DNA of 64,000 nt from Camelus dromedarius (lineage: Eukaryota): positions 64,172,001 through 64,236,000 of the forward strand of contig NC_087437.1 of assembly GCF_036321535.1 (NCBI RefSeq). Direction: 5' to 3'. Shown piece after piece: positions 1-12,116 of this stretch; positions within the stretch are counted from its first letter, which is position 1, and each line of letters starts with the position of its first letter. The translations under genes and the position numbers were made by a program. The notes under the pieces were generated by a model, which was not told the DNA's origin, made no database searches, and saw only the letters and a list, made by a program, of their open reading frames with translations.

Positions 1-243
1 ATGAAATACTGAGATTTCCTGCCAACATCCAGCAAGTGAGCCATCTTGGAAGCAGCTGCTCCAGCTCCAGTCAAACTTCAGATGACAGAAGCTCCACCTG
101 ACATCTTGATTACAACCTAGTGAGACCCCAAACCAGAACAACCCCTCTAAGCTGCTCCCAAATGCCTGACCCACAGAAACTAGGAGATAATAAATGTGCA
201 TTGTTTTTAGCTTCTAACTTTGGGGATAATTTTTAGGCAGCAT
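1..243 (+). mobile_element. ERVL-MaLR LTR (MLT1-type), 3' part
   Basis: Typical MLT1 3' motifs: gccatcttggaagc, gacatcttgattacaacc, ctgacccacagaaact, gataataaatgtgcattgttttt, ggcagca. Confidence 0.8.
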
Positions 244-1369
244 GAATTCTGTGAGCCACCAAAAGCCTTCCAGTATTTGTTTTCTGCATAGTTTAGCTGA
301 TTTCTGTTGTTTACAACCAAGAGCCATGACTGATACCACTTCACATCTCCTCCCTCGATCCCCAATCCACAGCCAGCCTCTCACCCTCTCCCTTTATCAG
401 GCAGGGTGTTTCAGGCCCGGGTTTCTCATGATCTTACCAGCCTATCCAGGTGATGTCCTGGAGCCTTTACCTTCTTCACTCAAGCAGGCTGTCCAGACAT
501 CTTCCTAGCTTTAAGTCAGCCTCCCCACTCCCTTAGAAGCAAACTCAGCTGCAGACTAGGCAGCACTAAGTTACTTCCAGCCCGCCTCCCCTCGAAGCCT
601 TGCCGGCTGCCTTCTCCTGTTAGCATCCACTCCCTGCTCCCTTAGGGGTTTTCCATCATCTCTCCCTTCTTTCTGGAAACTGTCTCCATCCTCAGTTTCC
701 TCTGTGTCACCCATGCTGTGTTTCTACCCTATCTCCTGACTGCTCCTTCCCTGTTTTTCATTCTCTCACTTCCTGAGTTAGGTGCCTGCTGCCTTTTCTT
801 CCTCTGTGCTTTCCTTCAGCTGCCTTTGCCTCTCTGGCGACCCCAGCTCTCAGCTGAGGGTGACACCCCACCCCCCACCCCCACCTCTGCTTCTATAGCT
901 GGCTTGTCTCCTGAACTTGGGGACATACTTCTTTCTGTTCAGTTACTCTAATTAGCTCTGTCACTGGTACCCCAGCTCAACATCCACGTGAGAGCCACTC
1001 ATCTTCTCTCCTGACTTCCTGCCTTCTATTAATGGTAACATCCTTCCTTCTGGAAACCAGGCTTAAATTGCCAGTCCTCTTTGACACATCCTTCTCCTTT
1101 ACTCCCACACCTCCTCAGGTGCTGAGTCCCAGCACGTCCTTCCCCTTGGTATCCCCTACTTCTTTCTGGTCACTCAGGCTCCACTCACCTCTCATACTGG
1201 CCTCTGCGCATCCCTCTCTGTTATTATCCCGATTCCCATCCATGTTCTCTAGAAGTTGTCTCTCTGACAGGCAGCCCCCAGAGCAAGATTCCTAAGGAAT
1301 AGTCCTTATCCTATTTATCACTTTGCTTAGAAACCTTTGATTATATTCAACAGTACTGAGTCCCAACTG

Positions 1370-2095
1370 CATGTGAATTATTTATGATTCTCTGCATATA
1401 ACTTACTGAAACCAACATGTGCCAGTTAAAACTGAAAATGGGAGTTGATTACATGGCTACACAGAGAGCTCACAGAATCCATGGACAGGAATGCATCCAA
1501 GCCTCAGAACCAGAAAATTCTTGGGACTCCACAGTGCTCTCTATCCCCCTTCTGCATTTCTCAGCATCTGCTCCTCCATCTCCCCTGCAGACCCCAGCTC
1601 TCTCTGGTACTCAGCTCCTTGCAGAAGATTGCTGCCTCACAGGAGCTAAAGTTTCTTTTTATCCCCACTGCTCAAGAGACCGCTTCCCAGTGGGAATGGA
1701 GTCTTTCAGTCCTGGGCTCCAGTTTGCAGGTGTGCTGGTCAGGAATCTTCTGCCTTCAAATGATGAACACCTAACATAACCAGCTTAGGCAAAAGCGTAA
1801 TTACAGGCTCTGCTAAACAAGCTTTGGGAAGGGCAGGCTGGGGATCGGCCTCCTGAACAGAAGGGAACAGGGACTGCACGTCTTTTCTCTCTCCATTTCC
1901 CATCTCTGCCTGTGTGCGTCCTTTCCTTAAGGTAGGCCTGCTCCTCCCACATGTTAAAGGACACTAATGACCCCTGATAAATCTTGCCACCTGAGAAGGT
2001 TGGCCCTTCTCTACAAATTCCAATTTAAAAAAAATTCTTTGAGTAGACTCCAATTGATCCAGCTTGGGACATGTCTTCATCCCTGAGTTATGGAT
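1370..2095 (-). mobile_element. Old MaLR/ERVL LTR fragments (MLT1J/K-like)
   Basis: Degenerate motifs such as ccagcttaggcaaaag and gactccaattgatccagcttgggacatgtc; boundaries approximate. Confidence 0.45.
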
Positions 2096-2109
2096 GGGAG
2101 TACTAGATA

Positions 2110-2338
2110 AGGGCAGAGAAGAAAATGCAGACTCTGGAATCAGACTGCCCGGGCTTAAATCCTGGCTCTGTTACTTATTAGTTACGTGACTCTTCGCACG
2201 TAACCTCTCTATGCCTCAGTTTCTCTGTTTGTAAAATAGAGAAAACAATAGGACCCATCTCATAGATTGTGGTTAAGACTACATTTAGAGCACTTAGAAT
2301 GGTGCCTACCACCAAGTAAGGCTCTGTAAGTGCTGGCG
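2110..2338 (+). mobile_element. MIR SINE
   Basis: gactctggaatcagactgcc, core cctctctatgcctcagtttctctgtttgtaaaat, 3' gcacttagaatggtgcct. Confidence 0.9.
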
Positions 2339-2453
2339 GTGATGCTGGTGATGATGATGATGATGACAACCACAGCAAGGGAGGACGACAGGAGAGGACA
2401 CTCTTCTTGAACCATATGCTTGAGACGGGAGGACCAGTGCAGCCAGTGGAGTG

Positions 2454-2879
2454 TGTATTCGTTCTCCAAGGCTACAGTAACAAGGTACTGCAGACTGGGG
2501 GCTTAGAACGGAAATTCAGCCTCAGTTCTGGAGTGTAGAATTCTGTAGTCAAGATGCCGGCATGGTGGTTCCTTCTGTCACCTGCAAGGGAGGATCTGTT
2601 CCAGGCTTCCCTTCTCGCTTTTGGTAGCCTTAGACATTCCTTGGCTTATAGATGTGGATTCTCCTATGTCTTCATATCTTTGCTTTGTTTGTGTCTATCC
2701 CTGTGTCTTGATCTCTTCTTATATGGACACCAGTATTTTAGATTATAGTCCACACCAGTGACCTCATCTTCACTTAATCATCTGCATAGACTCTAGTCCC
2801 AAATAGGGTCATATTCATAGATACTCAGGGTTAGGGTTATTTTTTGGGAGAGTGGCAGTGCGTAATTCAACTCATAACA
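2454..2879 (-). mobile_element. MLT1B/C-type MaLR solo LTR
   Basis: TG...CA termini, perfect 5-bp TSD gagtg (2449-2453 and 2880-2884), MLT1 motifs ggacaccagt and ccaaatagggtcatattc. Confidence 0.9.
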
Positions 2880-5684
2880 GAGTGGGTAGGGCAGTGCTGG
2901 CCAAACCAACAGTAAATGTCTCCTCCATTTCTAACTCCCCGGTCTAAGCATTCTGATTAGCCCAGCTTGGGTCCATTGCTCATCTCCTAGTCCTGTCAAC
3001 AGTGGCTGGAGGGGACAGTGGGATCAAGGAGTCACACTACACAAAGTAACTGCTGGGGACAGTGGGCATACCTCAGAGAAAGGGCTACGTCTCCTTTGAA
3101 AGATTAGATCTGAAAGTTGGTTAGGCACAGAATGTGGCTGGTTTCACCAAGGAATCTGGAGTTTATCCTGGAGGTAACAAGAAGCCAGTGAGGAACTATA
3201 GGCAGAGAAAGACCTGACTGGGCCTTTTTTTCAGGATGACAGCTTCGTGGCAGTGTGGAGGATGCTGCGGAACAGGGAGAGATTCCTGGGGAGCCAACAC
3301 CTGCCATCTCCCACCCCACGGGGGAGGAGAAGAATTAACCAGTCATTCTCTGTATGACAGCACCAGGAGCACCGGGGCTCTTGGCTGCCTCACTCGTTTT
3401 ACTTTAATTTTTATTGAAGCATAACCTGTGTATAAAAAAGTGCACAAACCATAAGTGTGGTTTGATAGATTTTTCATCAGATGAACACCCCTTGTAGGTT
3501 CATTCTTCACGTAACAACCCTGGATCCTTCCCCATCAAACCCACCTCTGAAACTACCACTCTAACTACCCCATCCTAACTACTCCGCCTACTGCCTAACT
3601 GTGGTTTAAACCTTTTTCTCTCGGAGAATCACACTGCCCTTGGAAAGTGGTAAGGGCAGTGGCAGAATTGGAAGACTCTGAGTCCCCCTGCCCAGCTGGG
3701 CCTGAGTCCCCGCACTCTCAGGGTGGCCTCAGGCAAGTTCCCTTACCTCTGTGGGGCTCAGAGTCTCCATCTGTGAAATGGAGTCAATAATGGTGAGTTT
3801 CTTTTATAATTTATAGAATTTCTATACATTCTTCTATAATTTATAGAAATTTGTAAAATTGATATAGTATAATATTTAACATGTATCTAATTTATGTAAT
3901 GTATAAAATTAATAAATTACTTAATAAAGTGGAATAAATACTGGCCATCACCATCTTTGTTGGTGTCCATTCCATTTTACTTTGACATACATTTATAGAG
4001 GAGTTTTATACAACTAGCCAGCAACGTGCTGCAGAGGACACAGAGGTTGGGAAGATGCGTCTCTCCCACCGCCTAAGCCCTCCAGATTTAGTGGGCAGAG
4101 GTGACGAGGGGACAGTGTGGAAGCCAGGTACACAGATGACCTTTAAAAAATTCTCTCTGCAAGTGTGTTTTATGGGGCTCTGATGGAGTTTGTGAGCTAT
4201 TCTCTCTTTCTCTCTCTCTCTCTCTTCCCCTCTCCCCTGCTCTGAAGGGCTCTGCCCCCGGCCTAGGGGAATTCAGGCTCAGACTCAGGTGGTGCTTGGA
4301 AGGGTTTGGGCTGGCAGCTGGGTGGCAGCTACCTGAAGTGCTACTGGGAGGCTTCATGGTGCGTGTTGCATTTTCAGTTCTCAATGACTGTACCCACACA
4401 TACTTCCAGCCAGCTCACCCTCAGACGGCCTCTCTCCTCTGTTCAACCTGCACCCTGGGAGGCAGAGTTGCTGGAACAGTGAACCTCCATGGGAGGGCCC
4501 GGCTTGCCTCTGAGGCCTCATCCCTGCCACTGACCTCCTGGAGGGTGCGCTACCCAGCTCATCTTCACCTCCCGTCTCCTCTGGGAGCTGGGTCCTCAGG
4601 CAGACTTAGATGCTTACCCAGGGCTCCACTGTGTATGGGGGGAAGCAGAAAAAGCCATGACCAACAGAAATTAGGGTTTTCTGGGACATTGGAATCCTGC
4701 TCCTTTGGGATTTCTTTCTGAACTATGGAATTGTAAAAAGGATGCTGGAGTCAGAGGCTGGAAGTCAGAGCCCTGGACTTCAGTTCACTTTTTGACAGGT
4801 CCTGATGCTTTTGCTATTTCTTTATTTCTTTGAGCTTCAGTTTCTTTGTCTCTAAAATGGGAACAATACTGACCCAACTCATCTCAAAAAGGACTGTAAA
4901 GTGCTGTAAGGAATGTAGGAGATTATTATCCTTTCCATTGTTGTCTCTCTTCCCTGCCGCCTTGCTATTGGAAAATCCTGTAATCTTTTTTAAAAAATGA
5001 AATTGAAGGTGATACATGCTTGAGGCACACAATACAAGCAGTAGAGAAGGGCCTAAGGTGAACAGTTCAACTCCCCTTCCCTCTCCCCACCTCAATGTGC
5101 CAATCCCACCCTCCTAAAACCACCACTTCTGTTCGTCTCTTATGTAACTTAGTCACCTTCTGTGCACTTGCCAGTGAATGTGCATGCAATAGGTTCTTTT
5201 TATCTCCAAATCAGAACATACTGTACTTCTCTTCTGTTCCTGCCTTTTTTCATCTTGCATTTTGAATATATTTTCATTTAGCACAAATATACTCTTTAAT
5301 GGCTGCATGATACTCCACCATGTGAATGTACTATGATGTGTTTACCAGTCCCTTAAATTTGAGCTTTCGGGATTCCCATCCATCTAAGGCCCCGGAGGCT
5401 GGCAGGTAGGAGATTCTACAATTGTCCCTGACTTTGCAGTTTTCTGTTTCCTCCTCGCTGGAATCCCTGGGCCTCCCAAATTCAGGGCTTGTGGAAGCTG
5501 GACAGCACATCCGGCCTCAGGATGGGAGGAGCAGTGGGAGACTTGTTGGCACCCACGGGCTGAGGTTTCCCTGGGGCACAGGAAGCTGAAAGGGAAGTAG
5601 GTCTGGGGACATCGCCCAGGGGCTTGCCTTTGCTGATGTCCTCAGCCTCCCTGCCTGTCTCTGGGTCCATGCGGGGAAGCTCCC

Positions 5685-5840
5685 TCTCCTGTTAGAATCA
5701 CCTAGGGAATTTCTACAATGTCAGAGCGGGACCACACCCCTGGCCAATTAAACCAGAATCTCTGGGAAGTGGCCCGGGGACATCCAGTTTGATCATTATT
5801 TCAGGTGATTGTATTGCACGGCCATAGAACTACAGCCCAG
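5685..5840. mobile_element. MER5A-like hAT-Charlie DNA transposon fragment
   Basis: ttagaatcacctaggga, ccagaatctctggga, caggtgatt motifs. Confidence 0.75.
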
Positions 5841-6039
5841 AAGCCTGGCAATAAGAATGGTATGACCAACCTGAGGGCCTGTACTTTCTTTCCTCTCATT
5901 TCAACCCAGTGAAAGAGACAGGATTATCCCACAGCATACAACCTAGTACGCATGTGTGCGTGATGCATACATGCAGTGGTTCTTATTCATTCCTTGCTAA
6001 GTTTTTGGTCACTGTTTTGACTCTTACTCAAAATTGCTT

Positions 6040-6550
6040 AGGTAAATTGGTAAGAGGCTTTTAGTAGGCAATTTGGCAATAAAACTGTTCAAAAATCATT
6101 GGCCTACTTACTCCACTTTTGGAATCCATCCTAGAGAAATAACATAAATATGGGCGTGGGGAGCTCTATGCATACGATGTTCTTTGCAGCAATATTTATA
6201 TTAATGGAAAATTGGAGAAACCTAAATGCCCAATGATACATATATGAGTAAGTAAACTGTGGTACAACCATTCAGTAGAATATTAAGTAATCATTCAAAT
6301 TATGGCTGTGAAGACAAAGCAAGAATGGAAAATGCTTGTGCCACGATGGTAAATGAAAACACAGGATACAAGTGTTTGGGTGCAGTTCGATCACAACTAC
6401 AGATAGAGAAAACTAAATATAAAGGAAAAAATTAGACAGGAAGAGAACAAAATGCTAACCTAGATCGTGCTAGGATGATGTGAGTAATTTTTTCTTTTCT
6501 CTACTTTCCTGGTTTTCATAATATGATTACATTGCTACTTAGATGGAAAC
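6040..6550 (+). mobile_element. Ancient L1 (L1ME-like) 3' fragment
   Basis: ggaatccatcctagagaaata, gatgttctttgcagcaatattt, aacctaaatgcccaat, aaactgtggtac: L1 ORF2 end and 3'UTR motifs. Confidence 0.7.
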
Positions 6551-9500
6551 AAAGAGTAAGAAAATTCTGCCTGTGTATTTGTCCATGTCTGTCTGAGACT
6601 CTGACACCCTAATGTGCAGGTCCTTACCTACCATGCTTAGGCCAACACCCACAGCTTCAGGCTACACCCAGCACTTCACCCAACACAAAAGCCAGATGAT
6701 AGTGGGTAAGAAGTCAGAGAATCTGGTGTTTAGCCCCGGCCCCAGTTTCACAGTAGGATCTTGAGCAACTCATTCCTCCTCTTTGAACCTCAGCTTCCTC
6801 ATCTGTGAAGCAACAGATTCACCCAGAAGGATGCTCTGAAACTTCCGGTTCTGAAATGGGATGCTCACAATATTGATGGCGATGAAGTCGATCTAATGAA
6901 CCCCAAGTGCATTCAGCTGCATTGAAAAGGCAACTAAAGGCAGAAAAGTATCTCCCCTAAAATGTCTGCAGGCAGGCTGCCTCTGCTTCTTATTTCCACA
7001 TTCAGAATTGTTCCCTCCCTGCCCCGCATATAAATCCTGGAAAGCGTAACTGAATAAATGTAAGGCAAATCATACACCTCTCTTCCATGTTTGGCAATTT
7101 CTCTCCGCATCACTCACCTGTAGTCCTGATGACTTGTAAATGTAAGCGCCTCTGGAATATGCAGGAGGGTGCGTGGAGCCACACAGGAAGCCCAGTTCCA
7201 CCCCCACCTCTGACTTTTCATCTTGATAAAGTGATTTTCCTCAACAGGCAGAGGACAGGGAGCCATAAATCAGTGACAACACAGCTCCCCGGGGTCTGGG
7301 CAGCCCTCTGCTCCAGAGAGATGCCTCTCTTCTACGACGTGGATGCACCAGCCTGCGGCTACAGAATAACAGGGAGAAAGGTCTGGGGTGGTTAAAAGCA
7401 GAATCATTCTGATGGGAAGGGAAATTGAAACCCCCAGGATTTAAAGAGAGCAATAAAGGTGATGATGGGAAACATGAGGCCCACGGATACACAGCGAGGC
7501 CTGACACATCTGGCAGGAGGGAAGACACTGTGGGACTAGGACATTTTCCACATGACTGAAGTTTAACTGTCCAAGTGCCGGGACTTGACCTTTAACCCCA
7601 TTAAGATGCCTCTCGATCTTCTTAAGTGTCTGTATGTGCCTCTTTCTGATAACACAAGGGAAAAGAACCACGAGTTATGTCATATATTTTGGGGGAGATT
7701 ATTCGAGAATGTCTGTATTCCCCACTGGACTGTCTAGGACATTCTTGGCCCAGAGCAGGCACTCAAGACATATTTGCTGAATGAGTGAGAACCGCTCATT
7801 GTGTAATATACTGTAGGATGAAGGACTCTGTTGGTCGTAGGTACCAGAAAATGACTCTCAATAAGCTAGGCAAAAATGGAGATGATCAGAGGGATTTATG
7901 CGGTCTCTAATTGGAACCTGAGCACCAGGAATTGACTGGGACCAGGCTGGAGTCTTGGCGGGGGGCACAGGGGTACCCAGGGAAAAAGTTTCTTCTTTCT
8001 GTTTTCTTTGGCCTCCCCCTTCCTTATTCTTTCATGGCCGACCATCTTTTTCTGCTCTGCAGAACAGGGCTACTTTCATCTTTCAAGTTTATAGGTCCTT
8101 AGTTTCAGTAGGAGACTAGCCTTTCTTTTTGGTTGTCTCAGTTCCTAAACTTTCCAAGGTAGGATTCCCGACTCCCGTTGGCCCAGTTTGGTTGGTGTGT
8201 GTGTCAGACCAAAAGAATGACCCCTCGATAGCTTTATTTGTAATAGCTAAGTACTGGAAATTATCCAAATGTCTGTCAACAAGTGAATGAACAAACAGCC
8301 TGTGGTTTTTCCATATAAGGGAACAATACTCACCGATAGAAAGGAAAGCACCATTGATGGATCCCCCCCTTCCCCCCAAAATAGGATGACTGATCTGGAA
8401 ACTTTGTAGGTGGAATTGGAGGAGGGGATTCCCAGATAAATGGGTATGGATCCACAAAACAATAGGCACCCACTACATTCACATTTTCTCCCTTAGTCTT
8501 TACAATAATCTTTAAGAGAGGAGGGTCCATTATCTGCACTTTTTAAGTGAAAAAACTAAGGTTGAAAAAAGATACGGAATTTGCCCAAGGTCCACAACTA
8601 GGGATAGGTGGAGACTAGAGGCAAGTGTGGTAGGAGATAGGTGGCTTCACTACCTAGACATCCCTCCATGCCAGGCAGTCTCTGGTCAGCTTCCCAAACA
8701 GAGGCCATCCCTTTGCAGTGCAGTAATTGTGGCAGACAGGATGGCCCAGAGGGGCAAATGATCACTGACCCCAGGAAACACACTGCAAATTGCTCTCTTG
8801 GAAAAGTCCCAAAGTCAGCTTGCTTTTTGGCTATTTGTTTCTCTATCATAAAGCTAGGTGAAGGTTGTATCCTGCCTGCTCTTGGGGGAAATGTACTGCA
8901 AGTTGCCTTTCTGCAAAATTAATTAGCAAATCTAAGGTCAGAGCTGCCTTCCCCCCAGCGACAGCTCTGGCCTTCAGAATAGCTTTTTCTTCTTTGCTGT
9001 GGCCATCAATGTCCTTTAACCGTTTGGCAGCCGTGGAAACCGTATCAGTTATTTCTATCTCTATCATGGTGCCCTAGATTGGGACCCACTGTGCCTTCAC
9101 ATGAAAGAGGTTTGTGTTAGGATGAGAAGGAAGACGATCTTCTGCCATTGCCAAGAAATTGTGCAGAAGTGTTTTGACCCCCATTTATTCAAAGCATCAC
9201 TGATACTATCATCCTCCTCCTCATCAGGTGACACTTTTCTCCAAATATGTCACTGGTCACAATTTTCTCAAGTTCTTTTTAATGTTTGGCTTTCAACAGA
9301 CTCTCAGCACAAGCAATATGAAAGCCATATCTCTCATATTGTCACAGGCTGAAGAAATCCTCTATGGTGTGTACATGTTAGAGCAGTTTGCTCATGACAT
9401 TTGTTTTGTAATAATACTTCATATTCAGAATATTTCCCTGGTCGATAGGTCAGATCAGGGAAGTGGCATGGGGGGGGGGTGACAGCGAGGGCAGGAAGCG

Positions 9501-9628
9501 GGTAAAAATATTATCAGACAATAACCTCAGGGAGCATTTTATAATTATCTAGTAATAGGATAGCTTTGCTTACCTAGGGAGTTCTGTGGTTCTCAAGTAA
9601 TCTTTCATATAAAGCTCAGAAGGAATGC

Positions 9629-10026
9629 TGTTAAAAAAAAGAAACAGGTCCAAAATGAAAGCTCTTGTGCTAAGCCCATGTCACCAAACCAGGACAATAC
9701 CTAACCTAATTGAAGTTTCAACTTTCCCCGTGAATGTAATCTCAACTGGTCGGACTGTAATTTCCTTGTCAGCACCACTGAGGCAATCCACCTAATAGAT
9801 CCTTTTGTCTCCCAAAGGAAGGTGACGTTGCCTGAAATAATTCTCTATTTGTTGTTTTGTTTAAGACTTCCTTGTCCCACCCCTTCTCTATCTTTAAAAT
9901 CCTTTCCTTTTCTGTAGCTCTTTGGGGCTCCTTTCTATTTGCTAGAGTGAGACGCTGCCCAATTCACGAATCAATGAATAAAGCTAACAAGGTTTTAAAA
10001 ATTTACTTGAATTTTGTTTCTCAACA
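9629..10026 (+). mobile_element. 5' LTR of provirus
   Basis: TGTT...AACA termini, AATAAA near 9977; shares blocks with the 3' LTR (catgtcaccaaacca, tacctaacctaa, ttgtcccacccc, ctatttgctaga). Confidence 0.9.
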
Positions 10027-10032
10027 AAAATT

Positions 10033-10050
10033 TGGTGGCAGCAAAGTGAA
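10033..10050 (+). promoter_or_regulatory. Primer-binding site, tRNA-Leu-like (degenerate)
   Basis: TGGTGGCAGC 6 nt after the LTR end; matches the first 10 nt of the complement of the tRNA-Leu 3' end (TGGTGGCAGCGGTGGGAT). Confidence 0.65.
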
Positions 10051-10939
10051 CTTCTGATGGCATTCAGAGGTAATGAGAAACATAGGCGTCATACCTGAGA
10101 CCCCCTTTTGAGTTCCCTGTCTTTCTCGCCATCTCTGAGAACCATGGGTAAGTTCCTCAAGGTTCTGAACTCTTCTTTTTGCATTAAGCTGTAGATCTAA
10201 TTGGCTTTCCTTTGTAAAGCACGTCACCTTGAGTTGGTAGACAGTTCTACCCAGAGCCTGGACCTACCCTTTATTTTGGACCACAATTTCCAGGTTTTTG
10301 AGTAGACACCCCAGCCCTTAATTCTACCCCAAGATCCACGTGAGAACGGTTAATGTCAGTGTGCAGCTCCCCATTTGTGTAGCACCCCCAGTCTGCAGTT
10401 CCCATTTGTTGAGATCTAATGTTTCAGTCCTTTCCCTGGTCCAAGGTTCCACGGTGGGAATTGTGTGTGGTGCCCACAGGGCCTTTTCTTGGCCAGGACA
10501 CAGTAACATCTCCCAGTTACTGTCAATATATTATGGTGCACGTTTGTTAGTCTGGTTTTGTGTAGATAAAGGCTAATTGCTAATGGGATTCTCAGAAGTG
10601 AAAAAGCTGCAGAAATTTGTGGGCACAGGTCGAGCATTTAAGAGCTGTTAGAGCACTTGCCACTTGGCCCCAAAGACTACTGTGTTAGGTTAAATCATCA
10701 TGGAACAGGTTAGACTGATACTAGGTCACCTGCCAACCTCAAGAAAACTTCCATGCAAGGAGGTGCACTGTAAAACATCATATAATACCCAACCCCTGGC
10801 ACATCACTCCTAGCTATTAGTTTGGCTCCAGAGACCCAAAGGTTTAGCATAAGTAAATAAATAAATGAATAAATAAATTTAAGAAATAGGATCTTTAAAT
10901 CTAAAGAGTTAAGTTTTAGCAGACTTGCTTATTTTATGT

Positions 10940-11560
10940 CTAAGAGCCACAATCCTGGAAGCTATAAATAGCTACAGAAAATGGCCAAAATCTTACTAAA
11001 GACAACCTAGGATTTTGCGTCCTGAGAACTTGGCTTGGTAGCCATCTTTTTGGGGGCCCCAAAATATGACCAGACAGAAATATGGGTTGCACCCCATTTG
11101 CAGCTAGATATGGCTGGACAGAAATGTGAGCTGAACTCCACGTGTAGCTAAGGGTCCTACCAAACTGCTGCGAGCACTCAGGGGAATCACAACCTAGAAT
11201 TACAATGGCTATTATGAGGAATGCTTCAGCTAGGTGAGATAATTATTTAAGAAGTATATTTTAAAGCAAGGGCCTCCAAATCAAACAAGCAGAATAGGAT
11301 ACCTGTTTTAATTTGTATGCAAAAACATACAAAAATCTTCAAAATTCCAAAATATCTTCATTGAAAGATTTACTGCAAAAGCTAAATAGAAAATTAAAGA
11401 TATAAGAGGCACCTAAAACAAAAGACTGATTGATGCAACGTCTGCTGCTCCCCTCCATCCTCCTTTACTTGAGTATTTGTTCTAGTAATCCTCTGAAAAA
11501 TGTCAGTCCTCTCAGAAGAGACAAAATCAGCCACGTTGATGGCCTTACAGACACTCTCAG
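10940..11560 (+). pseudogene. gag: gag (matrix region) remnant, interrupted
   Basis: Removing the 11011-11197 insert joins ...NLTKDNL-ELQWLL*G, which resembles the LQWP.xGTF motif of class I ERV Gag; stops and frameshifts present. Confidence 0.5.
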
Positions 11561-11563
11561 ATC

Positions 11564-12116
11564 TGTCGGGGGACACAGCAGGCTGCTGTGCTAGTGGTAA
11601 AAGAATTAGCCAAAGACAAAGAATGAAACTAGGAGAGTTTATTAGGTTTTGCTGTCATAGACAACAGCATGCCACACAGCCGAGAGGTGCCTGCCTGAGC
11701 ACCGAGGGTGAATGTGCAGGGTCTTTTATTGGAGGGAGAGGGCTGTGCACACAAGGGGTAGGGACTGCATGATCAATTCGTGCACAGGTACCCAACTGGT
11801 TGTAAGATCTCTCAGGGGCTACTCAGAATAATAGGATTTAGGACTCTGATAAGGGCAGGCTGTGTTGTGAGACCTGTCCATGTAGGGTATTGTGACAGGG
11901 GCTATTTCCCAGGGGCTTAGTTTTGTTAGGGTAAACACACATCAAGGAAAGATGTTTTTATCTTGCAGAAATGCTGGTATGCAGACGTCCTGCAGTAGGG
12001 AGTTGGGGTTAAGGTGTCACTGGGCTCCAGACACACAGAGAGGCCTGGAGTTGGAGTGGTGGTGGTGGGGGTTATGGACATTAGAGTGGCTTCAGAGAGC
12101 GCCAGCCTGCTCCACA
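11564..12116 (-). mobile_element. Nested antisense solo LTR (ERV2/beta-like termini)
   Basis: On the minus strand it starts TGTGGAGC and ends CCCCCGACA; TATA-like AATAAAAG (~11723-11730) then AATAAA (11638-11643); GC-richer than the host ERV. Confidence 0.7.

Noticed and set aside
8846..9067. 73-aa ATG ORF on the minus strand
   Set aside because: No recognisable family and no promoter or splice support; length expected by chance
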